Positions 11,093 to 21,442 of a stretch of 64,000 nt of DNA are shown here, piece after piece (positions within the stretch are counted from its first letter, which is position 1; each line of letters starts with the position of its first letter). The stretch spans positions 97,676 to 161,675 of the forward strand of contig JALHMH010000006.1 of assembly GCA_022844165.1 (NCBI GenBank), given 5' to 3'. The stretch comes from Lysobacterales bacterium (GTDB taxonomy: Bacteria > Pseudomonadota > Gammaproteobacteria > Xanthomonadales > SZUA-5). The position numbers and the translations under genes were made by a program. The notes beneath the pieces were generated by a model that did no database searches, had not been told where the DNA came from, and saw nothing but the letters and a program-made list of their open reading frames with translations.

Positions 11093-12493
11093 ATGACATG
11101 GGTCACGGTCAAAGCGGCATTGTCGGGCGTTCATGCGGAAGGAACGCCGGTGACGGTGAAGGGATGGGTGCGTACGCGTCGCGACAGCAAAGCCGGCATT
11201 TCCTTTGTGCAAGTTAACGACGGCAGTTGTCAGGGCAATGTGCAGTTGGTAGTCCCTGCCACATTGCCGAACTACACCAGCGACATCTTGCACCTGACCG
11301 CGGGTTGTTCGATTGAGGCGGACGGCACCTTGGTGCGCTCGATGGGACAGGGCCAGGCCTTCGAGATTCAGGCCAGCAGCGTTCGCCTGATCGGCGGCGT
11401 CGACGATCCCGAGACGTATCCGATTCAACCCAAAGCCCATTCCTACGAGTTCTTGCGCGAGGTTGCGCATCTGCGCCCGCGCACCAACACCTTTGGCGCG
11501 GTCACGCGCGTGCGCCACACGATTGCGCAAGCCATTCATCGTTTTTTCGATCAGAACGGCTTTTATTGGGTCAACACGCCGATCATTACCGCCAGCGATT
11601 GCGAAGGTGCGGGACAGCTGTTCCGCGTGTCGACGCTGGATTTGATGAACCTGCCGCGCGGCGACACCGGCAAGGTCGACTTTGCCCAGGACTTCTTCGG
11701 CAAAGAGGCCTACCTCACCGTGTCCGGTCAACTGGCGGTAGAGGCGTATTGTCTGGCGCTCAGCAAGGTCTACACCTTCGGACCCACGTTTCGCGCCGAA
11801 AACTCGAACACCCCGCGGCATCTGGCAGAGTTCTGGATGATCGAGCCGGAGATCGCGTTCGCTGACTTGAACGACGACGCGGCGCTGGCCGAAGCGCTGC
11901 TGAAGTCGGTGTTCAAAGACGTACTCGATCGCTGTGGCGAGGATCTGAAGTTTTTCGATGATCGTGTGCAGAAAGGTGTCACTGCGCGCCTGGAGCAGAT
12001 GATTGCCAGCGAGTTCGTCCGCCTGGATTATGGCGATGCAGTCAAGGCGCTCGAGGCAAGCGGCAAGACCTTTGAGTATCCCGTGCACTGGGGCGCCGAT
12101 CTGCAAACCGAACATGAGCGCTGGCTCACCGAAGAACACGTAGGTCGTCCGGTGGTGGTCATGAACTATCCCGAGCAAATCAAGGCCTTCTATATGCGCC
12201 TGAACGACGATGGCAAAACCGTCGCAGCGATGGATGTGCTGGCGCCCGGCATTGGCGAGATCATCGGTGGCAGCCAACGTGAGGAGCGGCTGGATCGGCT
12301 CGACGCGCGCATGATCCAGTTCGGACTGGAGCCGCACGCGTACCAATGGTATCGCGACTTTCGCCGCTACGGCTCGGTGCCGCATGCCGGTTTTGGCTTA
12401 GGCTTCGAGCGACTGATCGCTTACGTCACCGGCATGAGTAACATCCGAGACGTGATTCCGTATCCAAGGACCCCGGGGAACGCAGCGTTCTGA
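11093..12493 (+). CDS. asnS: Asparagine--tRNA ligase
   Basis: [54 protein letters not shown]. Confidence 0.97.
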   Translation: MTWVTVKAALSGVHAEGTPVTVKGWVRTRRDSKAGISFVQVNDGSCQGNVQLVVPATLPNYTSDILHLTAGCSIEADGTLVRSMGQGQAFEIQASSVRLIGGVDDPETYPIQPKAHSYEFLREVAHLRPRTNTFGAVTRVRHTIAQAIHRFFDQNGFYWVNTPIITASDCEGAGQLFRVSTLDLMNLPRGDTGKVDFAQDFFGKEAYLTVSGQLAVEAYCLALSKVYTFGPTFRAENSNTPRHLAEFWMIEPEIAFADLNDDAALAEALLKSVFKDVLDRCGEDLKFFDDRVQKGVTARLEQMIASEFVRLDYGDAVKALEASGKTFEYPVHWGADLQTEHERWLTEEHVGRPVVVMNYPEQIKAFYMRLNDDGKTVAAMDVLAPGIGEIIGGSQREERLDRLDARMIQFGLEPHAYQWYRDFRRYGSVPHAGFGLGFERLIAYVTGMSNIRDVIPYPRTPGNAAF

Positions 12494-12577
12494 TCTCTGG
12501 CGCGTGCGTCAACAGCCAAAGGCCGGTTCGCAGCAGACTTCACTCGATCGCCCAGATCACGCCATCAGCGAGCGCAC

Positions 12578-14392
12578 ATGAAAAGACTACTCAAATGGAG
12601 CGGCGGCATCGTGCTGCTGCTGTTGCTTCTGGCAAGCGCATTGTTGTTGCACACCATCTACGCCAAACCGCTGAAAATCGGCTGGTTCTTCGAACGGGTA
12701 TTTCTCGAGTTTGCGCTCGACGATCCGGAAATGTTGAGCCGCATTCGCGTGCTGGAACCGATCGGAATTCGCGGCCATAACAGCCGGTTGACCGACGCTT
12801 CGCCGGAACGCGAGCAGGCGCTGCGCGAAAAGCTCAACGCCGATTACGCCATGCTCAAGCGCTACGACCGCGACAAGCTCGATCCGGAGACCCAGCTTTC
12901 GTACGACATACTCGATTACTTCCTCGGGCTGCAAGTTCGCGGCGAAGCCTTCGCACACTACAACTTTCCGGTCAATCAGATGTTCGGTGTGCAAAGCTCT
13001 CTGCCGAATTTTTTTGCCGATGTCCATCAAGTCAGGTCGAAACGCGATGCGGAGGACTATCTGACGCGAATGACCCAGGTGGATACCAAGTTTCAACAGG
13101 TTCTCGAGGGACTGAAGTTACGCGAGGAGAAGGGCATCCTGCCGCCGCGATTCACGGTGGAAAAAGTCCTGGAGCAGATGCGTGGTTTCCGCGGCACGCC
13201 GGTACGCGAAAACGTGATGGTCAAAACGTTCATCGACAAACTCGGAAAATCGACCGACATCAGCGCGGCTGACAAGACCTCTTTCGAGACCGAAGCGATC
13301 CAGGCGATGGAGGCACACGTGCTTCCAGGCTACGACCGTTTGATTTCGTACTACGAAAACCTGCTCACCAAAGTCACCAGCAACGATGGCGTCTGGCGCC
13401 TGCCGGACGGCGACAAGTTTTATGCGCATGCCATCGAGATGCATACGACGGCGCCAATGGATGCCGACAAATTGCATTGGACCGGCGTGGAGGAAGTGGC
13501 CCGCATCCACGGGGAAATGGACCAGATCCTGCGAGACGCCGGTTATGTCGACGGCACTGTCGGTGAGCGCATGGCGCGCTTGGGGAAAGACCCGGCGCAG
13601 TTGTATCCCGACTCTGCCGAGGGTAAGGAGATGATCCTGGCCGACTTCCGCCGCGTGATCGAGGAAATCAATCATGGCCTGGAGCCGTATTTCGACGTGC
13701 GCCCCAGAGCCAGCGTTGAAGTCAGACCGGTGCCCGCGTTCAGCGAAAAAACCGCGCCCGGCGCGTACTACCAAGGGCCCGCGATGGACGGCTCAAGGCC
13801 GGGCGTGTTTTATCTGAACCTGCGCAAGACCGAGGAAATCACGCGTTTTGGTGTGCGCACGCTCGCGTATCACGAGGCCATCCCAGGTCACCATTTCCAA
13901 GTGGCGATCATGCAGGAGCTCAAGGGTGTACCCACGTTCCGGCGCTTGTTGCCGTTCACCGCTTACTCCGAAGGCTGGGCGCTCTATACCGAGCTGTTAG
14001 CGTGGGAAGCGGGGTTTCAGGATAACCCTCTCGATAATCTGGGGCGACTGCAAGCAGAACTGTTCCGCGCCGTGCGCCTGGTCGTCGATACCGGTATGCA
14101 TGCCAAACGCTGGAGTCGCGAACAGGCCATTGAGTACATGCTTGGCGCGACGGGCATGTCGGAAACCGACGTCGTCGCCGAGATCGAACGTTATCTCGTC
14201 AATCCTGGACAGGCGCTCGCGTACAAAGTCGGCATGATGAAAATCGTCGAATTGCGCGATCGCGCCCGGGAGAAACTCGGGGAGCGCTTTGACGTGCGCG
14301 AGTTCCACAACGTTGTGCTGACCGGCGGCGCAATGCCTTTGGCGATCCTTGAGCGGCGCGTGGACGCCTGGATCGCCGCGAAGGGCGCGTAG
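12578..14392 (+). CDS. DUF885-family protein (putative metallopeptidase) with N-terminal membrane anchor
   Basis: LAYHEAIPGHHFQ, AYSEGWALYTE, RAVRLVVDTGMH, PGQALAYKVG. Confidence 0.9.
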   Translation: MKRLLKWSGGIVLLLLLLASALLLHTIYAKPLKIGWFFERVFLEFALDDPEMLSRIRVLEPIGIRGHNSRLTDASPEREQALREKLNADYAMLKRYDRDKLDPETQLSYDILDYFLGLQVRGEAFAHYNFPVNQMFGVQSSLPNFFADVHQVRSKRDAEDYLTRMTQVDTKFQQVLEGLKLREEKGILPPRFTVEKVLEQMRGFRGTPVRENVMVKTFIDKLGKSTDISAADKTSFETEAIQAMEAHVLPGYDRLISYYENLLTKVTSNDGVWRLPDGDKFYAHAIEMHTTAPMDADKLHWTGVEEVARIHGEMDQILRDAGYVDGTVGERMARLGKDPAQLYPDSAEGKEMILADFRRVIEEINHGLEPYFDVRPRASVEVRPVPAFSEKTAPGAYYQGPAMDGSRPGVFYLNLRKTEEITRFGVRTLAYHEAIPGHHFQVAIMQELKGVPTFRRLLPFTAYSEGWALYTELLAWEAGFQDNPLDNLGRLQAELFRAVRLVVDTGMHAKRWSREQAIEYMLGATGMSETDVVAEIERYLVNPGQALAYKVGMMKIVELRDRAREKLGERFDVREFHNVVLTGGAMPLAILERRVDAWIAAKGA

Positions 14393-14510
14393 CAAAGACA
14401 CAAACGGATTGGGCGCCGCCGCCGTCCGCTTTGGCCGGCGCATCGCTCGCGAGCCGCCGTGTTCGGCTTGGCACACGCCAAGCGGCGTGTCAGCGCCAAC
14501 CCTTACTCCC

Positions 14511-14643
14511 TTAACCCGCATATTTCATGAGGTCGCGACGAAATGGCCTGATTTCGTTGCAAATGCGCGGAAATCTTCGATTTGTTGGAATCGCAGGCTG
14601 TCCGCTGCCATTTCCTCGCGACCTCATGAAACATGCGAGTTAA
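14511..14643. mobile_element. MITE-like element with 37-bp imperfect terminal inverted repeats
   Basis: 14511-14547 TTAACCCGCATATTTCATGAGGTCGCGACGAAATGGC versus the reverse complement of 14607-14643: 3 mismatches. Degenerate homolog at 27962-28060. Confidence 0.7.
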
Positions 14644-14711
14644 TTCGGGGGGACTGCAAAAGCCAAAGCTGCTCCCGGAGAATTCGACTCAAACGACAAG
14701 ATTCCGCTCCG

Positions 14712-17330
14712 TCAAGGACGCTCATCGAGCAGTTTGACCAAGCCACAAACGCCATCTACCTCAACCATCTGCCCATCGCGCAGCGCAGCGCAAATTCCAT
14801 CGACGCCAATCACGCAAGGCAGACCCAGCTCACGGGCGACAACGGCGCCGTGTTGCAGCATGCCGCCGACTTCCAGAATGACAGCGGCGGTTCGAAGGAA
14901 CAGCGGCGTCCAGCCTGGATCGGTGACATAGGCGACGAGAATGTCACCTGGCATGACGTCAACATCCGCGCTGCTCGCGATGCGCACGGGCCCGCGTGCA
15001 ACGCCTGCAGAGACACCGACGCCCGACCAGATTCGGCCGCTTGCGTTGGCTACTGCCACCGGTGCCCGCAAGATGCGCCCGCGCGAATCGATGATGGCGG
15101 GAAAATGGCGAACAAGACGACTAAGGCGCGCCGCGGCGGTGCGCCGCTGCGCAATCGACTCCGCCGCGCGAACGAGGCGGTCGGCCTGCAAGTCGTCGAG
15201 CTCTTCGGCCTGCACATAACGTATGTCGTCGAGGGCTCGCAGTTGCTTGTTCGCCAGCCCGGCCGCAGCTGCGCTTTTCGCACGCTCCCGCCAGCGTTGC
15301 AACAACATCAACAGATGGTGTTTGGGCAGATCGCGCCAGCCGGCGAAGCGCACCACAATTTTCTCCAGGTGTGCCAGCATCAAACGCTTTAACCAGCCGC
15401 TGCGCGCCAGTGCCTTCTGCAGCGCGGCGGTCCGTTTGGCGATCTGCTGTTGGTGCGCCTGAAGTGAATCGGCTCCTCCCTGCATCGCCGAAATGCTGCA
15501 CAGCGCCAGATTCGGATCGTCCGAGTAGCGCGGTTGACCAACGTCCATTTCGTCGGGTCCGCGAAACCCAAATCGATCCAGGAAAGACTGCCATTGTTGG
15601 CAAAGCACCAGATCGACTCCGGCGTCCAGCGCGCTGCGCATTTCCGAGACTGTGCTCAGTCCGCGCGCCTTGAAAGCCGCAGCAAGCTGTGCCATGGCGT
15701 GTTGCATTGCGACGACGGGATTGCCCACAAAACCTTGCTGCAGCGCCATCCGTTCTGCCGGTTCCAGCACCCGCTCGGCGAGCGCTGTCTGCCATTGCAG
15801 CGCGATCATCCCTGGACCTAAAGTCGCCATCGATTGATTCAGCAGCGCCGGCATTTCAGCCGCTACATAGCGCTGCCAAAACTGCGTGGCCGGCAGCGCC
15901 AGGTTTGGCTGCGCCCGGAAACGTCGTTCGAGCGCCGCGAACAGGTGCTGCATGCGGCGGTGCGCAAAACGTGGCGCCAGCAGTGCCAGCAGCGTATTGC
16001 CGTAAAGGCCGCGCATCCGCCAGATCAGAGCCGGCAGCCGCAGCAGGAGTGAAGCCCGCATCCAGCTTGGCACGCTCCGGGCGCGGACCTCGTCGGCGTC
16101 AAGGCTGGAAACAATGTTGGCCAGGCTCACATCCGTGACCCGCAGTTTGTTTGCGAGTGCTTTGGTACTGCTGAAGCCAAGCACATTCGACAAATCCAGA
16201 TATACGCGCGAGGCACAAAAGTGTACGAGGGCATCGTGCACGCGGTGAGGGTCGGCGCGAATATCGCCGATGCTCGCCCGCATTAAAGCCCTTGCGAGTT
16301 CGGCGAAGGTGGACAGTCCCAGAGGTGAGATCGGCGAATTCATGGTCAGACCGCTCGAAAGCGCCACATCCAGATACACGCGCCTGCGCTCGCCTGGCGC
16401 CGTCCGCAACGGATCGGGCAACGGAACATAGGCGGTCATGGGCCGCGCCTGCAGCAGATACAAATCGCCCTTGCAGCCGATTTCGCCGCGATGGTATGCC
16501 CACTCGATATCGACCGGGCATTGCCAAAGTGCTTCGATAAGCTTGAGCTGCGCGACGATTTCCTGCAGCGCCGGTAGCGACAGGGATGGCGAACTCGAAG
16601 CAGATGGCCGGGCGACTACGCGACCATCACGGGTATCGACGGTCCATGTGTCTGGCGTCGTCAGGCCCGCGACCACGTTCTCGCCCAGGCCAACGGCTGC
16701 GCTGACCACGGCATGATCATGATCGTTGCTGAGCGGGTCGACGGAAAATGCAACACCAGCGACGTCTGCATCGACCATGTGTTGAATCACCATCGCCAGT
16801 TTCAGCGCCTGGGCGTTGGCTCCGACGGCTTTTCGGTACGCCAGGAACTGAGGGGCGAACAGTGCGGCAAATCCGTCGCGAATGGCGCGTTCGATTTGGT
16901 CCGGCGGTACATTCAGGCGGCTCAGAAGCGCTCCGGCAAAGCTGGCGGTTTCGCCATCCTCTTCTGGCGCGGACGAACGCACGGCGAACACACCCTCGCC
17001 TTTGCCCAACCAATCCAACGCGTCATGCAGGGCCTTCAGCTGTGCTGGAGTGAAGACCATGCCATCGGCGATCAGGCGCTGTTTCGCGTGCGATTCCGCC
17101 CGCGGCTGCGCACCGGCTGCGACCAGCTCACGCCACGCATCACTGGCCATCGCCGCCTGGATCCAGGGGCGGAAGAAAGCCTGCGTCAGTGCCAGCGCTC
17201 GCGGTACCTTGAATCCGGCAACGCCGAGTTTATGCAATGACAGCGCTTTGCCACCGACCTGCTCGCGGTCGACTTCCAACCCGCTCGCTGCAGGCACCAA
17301 CGACTGCCATAGTGGTTCGGCGTTCATCAT
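14712..17330 (-). CDS. PEP-utilising phosphotransferase with rifampin phosphotransferase (RPH)-like architecture
   Basis: N-terminal ATP-grasp (VGGKA, FAVRSSAPEEDG..SFAG, DIEWA, LLQARP), central domain, C-terminal His-swivel (TDPGWTPLF, GGMLQHGAVVARELGLP). Confidence 0.85.
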   Translation of the reverse strand: MMNAEPLWQSLVPAASGLEVDREQVGGKALSLHKLGVAGFKVPRALALTQAFFRPWIQAAMASDAWRELVAAGAQPRAESHAKQRLIADGMVFTPAQLKALHDALDWLGKGEGVFAVRSSAPEEDGETASFAGALLSRLNVPPDQIERAIRDGFAALFAPQFLAYRKAVGANAQALKLAMVIQHMVDADVAGVAFSVDPLSNDHDHAVVSAAVGLGENVVAGLTTPDTWTVDTRDGRVVARPSASSSPSLSLPALQEIVAQLKLIEALWQCPVDIEWAYHRGEIGCKGDLYLLQARPMTAYVPLPDPLRTAPGERRRVYLDVALSSGLTMNSPISPLGLSTFAELARALMRASIGDIRADPHRVHDALVHFCASRVYLDLSNVLGFSSTKALANKLRVTDVSLANIVSSLDADEVRARSVPSWMRASLLLRLPALIWRMRGLYGNTLLALLAPRFAHRRMQHLFAALERRFRAQPNLALPATQFWQRYVAAEMPALLNQSMATLGPGMIALQWQTALAERVLEPAERMALQQGFVGNPVVAMQHAMAQLAAAFKARGLSTVSEMRSALDAGVDLVLCQQWQSFLDRFGFRGPDEMDVGQPRYSDDPNLALCSISAMQGGADSLQAHQQQIAKRTAALQKALARSGWLKRLMLAHLEKIVVRFAGWRDLPKHHLLMLLQRWRERAKSAAAAGLANKQLRALDDIRYVQAEELDDLQADRLVRAAESIAQRRTAAARLSRLVRHFPAIIDSRGRILRAPVAVANASGRIWSGVGVSAGVARGPVRIASSADVDVMPGDILVAYVTDPGWTPLFLRTAAVILEVGGMLQHGAVVARELGLPCVIGVDGICAALRDGQMVEVDGVCGLVKLLDERP

Positions 17331-17989
17331 CCAGATGCCTTGTCGGATTCGATCGCACTCAGGCGCGGGGCGAGCAGATCGCGCAATAACCTCTTCCCGA
17401 GGTTGCTGTCAGCGCGCGCGCCGCGTTTGGGCGCCAGGGCAGTGTCGATCAACTCGGCGATATCGTTTTGCCCTGCGGCCGACGAGTCAAGTTGTATCAA
17501 GCCTAAAGTCAAAGCGCGCAACCAATGCGCGATGGGGTCGGCGGCGATATCGGCGCGGATCAAACCGGCGTCTTGCAAAGCAGCAAGATAGTCGCGTTTG
17601 TGATCGGCATTCGCAGCGGCACGCAATGGACTTGAGACACGCCGCAGATAGGCACCGAGTATGGCGATGTCCTGGCGGACGAAAGCGAGTAGCAGGGGCT
17701 GCCGTGCCAGAACCTGCATCGCCAACCGAAATTGCGTTCCGACCCGACCACCGTTCGGATCGTCTTCGACGACGGTGAGCCATGAACGCACAAATGTCGC
17801 CAGCTCGCGCACAAGCAGCGCATCGAGCAGTGCCTCTTTGCTGGCGAAACTAAGGTAGAACGCGCCCTTGCTGATCCCCGCCGCCTGCGCGAGGTCGGCG
17901 ATGGTGGTTTTATCGAAACCCAGCCGCGGCAACAGTTGTGCGGCGGCATCCAGCAGCTGCGTAGGCGAAATGCGCTTGGTACGGGGCAT
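17327..17989 (-). CDS. TetR/AcrR family transcriptional regulator
   Basis: HTH GFDKTTIADLAQAAGISKGAFYLSFASKEAL. 4-bp overlap with the downstream phosphotransferase gene. Confidence 0.92.
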   Translation of the reverse strand: MPRTKRISPTQLLDAAAQLLPRLGFDKTTIADLAQAAGISKGAFYLSFASKEALLDALLVRELATFVRSWLTVVEDDPNGGRVGTQFRLAMQVLARQPLLLAFVRQDIAILGAYLRRVSSPLRAAANADHKRDYLAALQDAGLIRADIAADPIAHWLRALTLGLIQLDSSAAGQNDIAELIDTALAPKRGARADSNLGKRLLRDLLAPRLSAIESDKASG

Positions 17990-17990
17990 A

Positions 17991-18028
17991 AATGACCGAA
18001 AGAACGAATACGGTCATTAATCTAGCAC
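17991..18028 (-). promoter_or_regulatory. Putative TetR operator plus extended -10 promoter
   Basis: Inverted repeat AATGACCG-N12-CGGTCATT (17991-18018) immediately upstream of the tetR ATG. TGTGcTAGATT on the minus strand just beyond it. Confidence 0.65.
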
Positions 18029-18135
18029 ATTCGCAATTCGCGCTCGACCGATGTCGTTCGGACGGCTTTGATGGAAATTCGCGAATCGGCGTGTCCGGTG
18101 AAGCGACAAGCCTAAAATTGCGGAATCAGAGTGCT

Positions 18136-21096
18136 CTACTCGAATCCGTTAGCGAATAGATCGTCCTCAAGCCGTGCCGGTCCGCCCAGCATCAGAATGT
18201 TGTTGGGCGACGCGCGATAGACGCCAAACTGGCCGGCATTGAGCGTCAAACGCCAGGTGTTGTTGTCCAGTCGCGTAGCGCGCGATGCCAGGTTGTACCA
18301 GGCGAAGGACGCATCGTTCCCAGGCACGGTGGGGCCATAGTTGCGCCAACTCCAATCGGCGTCGTTGAAGCTGGCACCGTGGAAGGTGATGTCGAGCGTG
18401 GCCTGTGCGCAGTTCGGTAGTTCGAAGCGCACCAGCCCCTGCGGGTATTCAATCAGCTCGCTACGCGGATCAATCGGCAACAACGACGGTTGCGCCAGTT
18501 CGCTGTTGTTGATTTGCGTGCAACCACCGCCGGCAATGTCGATGGTAAATGCAACATCGGTTCCGAGCCCTTCGGGCAGCAATCCAGCGCTGGCGGGTAT
18601 CGCAAACACCATGCCGGCCTTGGACGCGACCGACGCTTGCGTCGCGTCGGGTACGCCGTCGCTGTTGCCATCGCCCATTGTCAATCCCGGCGATTGTTCT
18701 TCGAGCTGCGTCGGTGCACCATCTCCATCGGGATCCAAGGGCTCGGTAAACTCCCAAACGCCGGCAACCGTTCCGGCAAACAGGCGAAACGGATCGCCAG
18801 GCGCGCGTGCGGGAATGGCCAGCGCGAGCGCCGCGTCTGCCGCCAGCCCGATACTGTAGCTGTTCCACGTCAGCCCACCGTCCGTACTGCGATACACACC
18901 ACCCGGATTTGCCACCGTACCACCAGCGCCCGCAAACACGGTATTGCCGGTCGCATCGTTTGGATCGACCAGCAACGCACGCACATCGGCGCCCGCCACG
19001 CCGGTGTCGGCGCGGGTCCAGGTTGCGCCAGCATCATCGCTCCGATACACCTGTCCGCTGCGGTTATTGCCGCTGGTGTTGATGGCTGTTGCGTAGAGCC
19101 GATTGGAATTGGCGGGCGCGATGGCGATAGAAAGTACATCCCAGTGCGACGACGATGGTCCGCCGAATCGCGGCAAGCCGTTGCTGCTATGTACCCAGGT
19201 CGCACCGCCGTTCGTGGACTTGAACACGCCATTGTTGATCGTGGGCTCGACAACCGAGCTGAAGTTGGTTCGCGTCAGAAATGTGCCGGCATAGACCACA
19301 TTGGGATTATTGGGGTCAACCGCCAGTGGCACGACGCCGCCGATGAACGCACAGTCAAGGGCCGGGCTCGGGTCCAGGTCCTGTCCGATGGGAATGCCAC
19401 TGTCGGATGCCGTCCACAGCGCGCCTGCATTTGTCGACTTGTAAATTCGCGCCGATTGCACGGTATCCGGGCATCCGGACGTCGCAATGACGCGGCCGCC
19501 GCCACCCACATAAATCGTTTTCAGGGTACTCGCTGCGGTCGGCGGAACCACGGCTGGACAAGGGCCGGTGGCGGGCGGGCTATCGCAACTGCGTGGATCG
19601 AGCGTTACACTTCTGACCGTACCCATGAACGGACGTGTTGCCGAACCGAAGTTGGTCAGCGCAATGCCGTTATCGATGGTCAGCCAGTTGTTGCCGCCAT
19701 CGGTGCTCTTGTAGATGCCGCCGTCGAGGGCAGTGTTATCGGGAATCGGTGCTGATCGCCCGCTGGCGTATACATGAAAGTTCTCCGCGGTTCCCGGGTT
19801 GGCATCGACCGTGGTTGGATCGATCGCGATCGCGCGAATTTGTTCGGCGTTCATGCCGTTATCGCTGTTGGCCCAACTAGACCCGCCGTCGGCCGACCGG
19901 TGCAGCGGGATCGATGTGCTGAAGGCGTCGCCCAAACCTGCCAGTACCACGTTCGCATCGCGCGGATGTGCACCGAGTGCCCGGATATTGCTCGATTCGA
20001 ACCCGCTGTTGCGCGGCAACCACAGCGTGCCGTTGTTCGTTGTACGCAATAAACCGCCGCTATCGGTGCCGACCAACACATGAGCGGTACCCGGGTAGTT
20101 GCTATGAAATGCGATGGTGCTGGCTTGGGCTGAATCCGTGCCATTGACGGTGAAGTTATTCCCCGAGGCCGAGAAACTGACCCACACTGGCGAGGCCGCC
20201 GTTGCATCGTCGGTCCGAACCACTGTCGAGCCGCAACTGCCCCACATGCCGGTCGGGCTGCTCGGGTAAACGAATACGCTGGACAACTGACAGCCCGACG
20301 GGCCGACGATCGATGTCCATGTGGCACCGCCATTGGCCGACGTGAGTATCGCATCACCGTAAAGATAAACACGCTGCGCATCGCTGGGCGCCACCGCGAT
20401 ACCGTTGACGAAACTCATCAGCGGTTGCACCACCGGCGATGGATCGACATCCGGCAGGGCGCCCGCCGCACTCCAGGTTGCGCCGGCGTTGGTGCTCTTA
20501 CGTACCATGTTGAGACCGTAGCCAGTTTCGAAATATCGATCCGCAACGGCATAAACATCGCCGTTGGCGGCGATCACGACGTACCTCATCGGTCCCGACG
20601 GAAAACTCCCAGCCGCCGACGTGGTCCACGTTGAGCCGCTGTTGGTCGATACATAGCTGATGTCGCCACTCAGCACCGCCACGCGAGAACCGTCGCCCGG
20701 CCCCACGGCCGTGGATTGTGGGAAGGTGCCCGATGACCAGGGCGACGGCAGCGGAAACCAGCTCAGACCAAAGTCAGCACTACGATGCATCACGCCCGCG
20801 TTGCCTGCGATCACATACGCGGCATTGCTGCCGTTGGTCGCCGTGCCAAGGTTAAATCGGAAGCCAGGCGGTAGGCCGACTTCTGCGCGGCTCCAGTTGC
20901 CGCCCGAGTTACTGGATCGAAACAGGCCGCCGCGACCGAGCGCAAGGTACAAGCTGTTCGGCGAGAGCGGCGAAATCGCCACCGACGAAACCGTGCCTCC
21001 GTGGGGCCCTGTTGTTGTCCATACGCCGACGCCGGCATGCGACACGAGGCTGCCGCAGAGCAGCGTAACGCCCGCCATTAACCGCTTCTTGTTCAT
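18136..21096 (-). CDS. Secreted BNR/Asp-box beta-propeller protein (VPS10/YCF48-like) with choice-of-anchor U-like domain and DDLFANGFE tail
   Basis: Signal peptide from MNKKRL, many S-x-D/N-x-G-x-T-W Asp-boxes, DGNSDGVPDATQA, WRNYGPTVPG. The longer ORF-track N-terminus is translated repeat DNA. Confidence 0.82.
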   Translation of the reverse strand: MNKKRLMAGVTLLCGSLVSHAGVGVWTTTGPHGGTVSSVAISPLSPNSLYLALGRGGLFRSSNSGGNWSRAEVGLPPGFRFNLGTATNGSNAAYVIAGNAGVMHRSADFGLSWFPLPSPWSSGTFPQSTAVGPGDGSRVAVLSGDISYVSTNSGSTWTTSAAGSFPSGPMRYVVIAANGDVYAVADRYFETGYGLNMVRKSTNAGATWSAAGALPDVDPSPVVQPLMSFVNGIAVAPSDAQRVYLYGDAILTSANGGATWTSIVGPSGCQLSSVFVYPSSPTGMWGSCGSTVVRTDDATAASPVWVSFSASGNNFTVNGTDSAQASTIAFHSNYPGTAHVLVGTDSGGLLRTTNNGTLWLPRNSGFESSNIRALGAHPRDANVVLAGLGDAFSTSIPLHRSADGGSSWANSDNGMNAEQIRAIAIDPTTVDANPGTAENFHVYASGRSAPIPDNTALDGGIYKSTDGGNNWLTIDNGIALTNFGSATRPFMGTVRSVTLDPRSCDSPPATGPCPAVVPPTAASTLKTIYVGGGGRVIATSGCPDTVQSARIYKSTNAGALWTASDSGIPIGQDLDPSPALDCAFIGGVVPLAVDPNNPNVVYAGTFLTRTNFSSVVEPTINNGVFKSTNGGATWVHSSNGLPRFGGPSSSHWDVLSIAIAPANSNRLYATAINTSGNNRSGQVYRSDDAGATWTRADTGVAGADVRALLVDPNDATGNTVFAGAGGTVANPGGVYRSTDGGLTWNSYSIGLAADAALALAIPARAPGDPFRLFAGTVAGVWEFTEPLDPDGDGAPTQLEEQSPGLTMGDGNSDGVPDATQASVASKAGMVFAIPASAGLLPEGLGTDVAFTIDIAGGGCTQINNSELAQPSLLPIDPRSELIEYPQGLVRFELPNCAQATLDITFHGASFNDADWSWRNYGPTVPGNDASFAWYNLASRATRLDNNTWRLTLNAGQFGVYRASPNNILMLGGPARLEDDLFANGFE

Positions 21097-21201
21097 CCGA
21101 TCACCCGAGAGCCTGCTGATCCGTGGCGGATACTGCCACCAAGTGCAAGTCTGTGGCGAAACGACGTTCGGAAGCGTGAATGGGATCCGCAATGGCGGTT
21201 C

Positions 21202-21442
21202 TGGCAAGTACGCTGTCGAGCGAAGCCAACAATGCTCGGCGGTCTGAGGCGAAGCCTCGCTAGAGTCTTTGATGGAGCTGGATCTTGTTAGTTGAGTCAA
21301 ATTTCTCCGGAGCGGCTTTGGCTGTTGAAGCCCCCTTAAATTAAGGGGGCGATTGAGCGCGCAGCGCTCAATGGGGGTTGTGGCAAGTACGCTGTCGAAC
21401 GAAGCCCACAATGCTCGGCGGTCTGAGGCGAAGCCTCGCTAG
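21202..21442 (+). repeat. CTAG-bounded structured repeat, copy 1 (unit 21260-21442) preceded by an extra 62-bp right-end module (21202-21263)
   Basis: 62-bp direct repeat (60/62 identical) at 21202 and 21381. Palindromes GCCCCCTTAAATTAAGGGGGC and ATTGAGCGC-GCA-GCGCTCAAT. The terminal CTAG overlaps the deaminase stop codon. Confidence 0.9.

Noticed and set aside
21097-21411. N-terminal extension of the 1091-aa ORF, nearly identical to ORF 32117-32449 (ASFDSVLATTPIERCALNRPLNL..)
   Set aside because: This is translation of the non-coding repeat. The real gene starts at the signal peptide (21096). The same artefact extends ORFs 24043 and 29836-31941.
21202-21442. 62-bp direct repeats as a possible CRISPR array
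   Set aside because: Only two repeats, too long, the spacer itself recurs elsewhere, and there are no cas genes.
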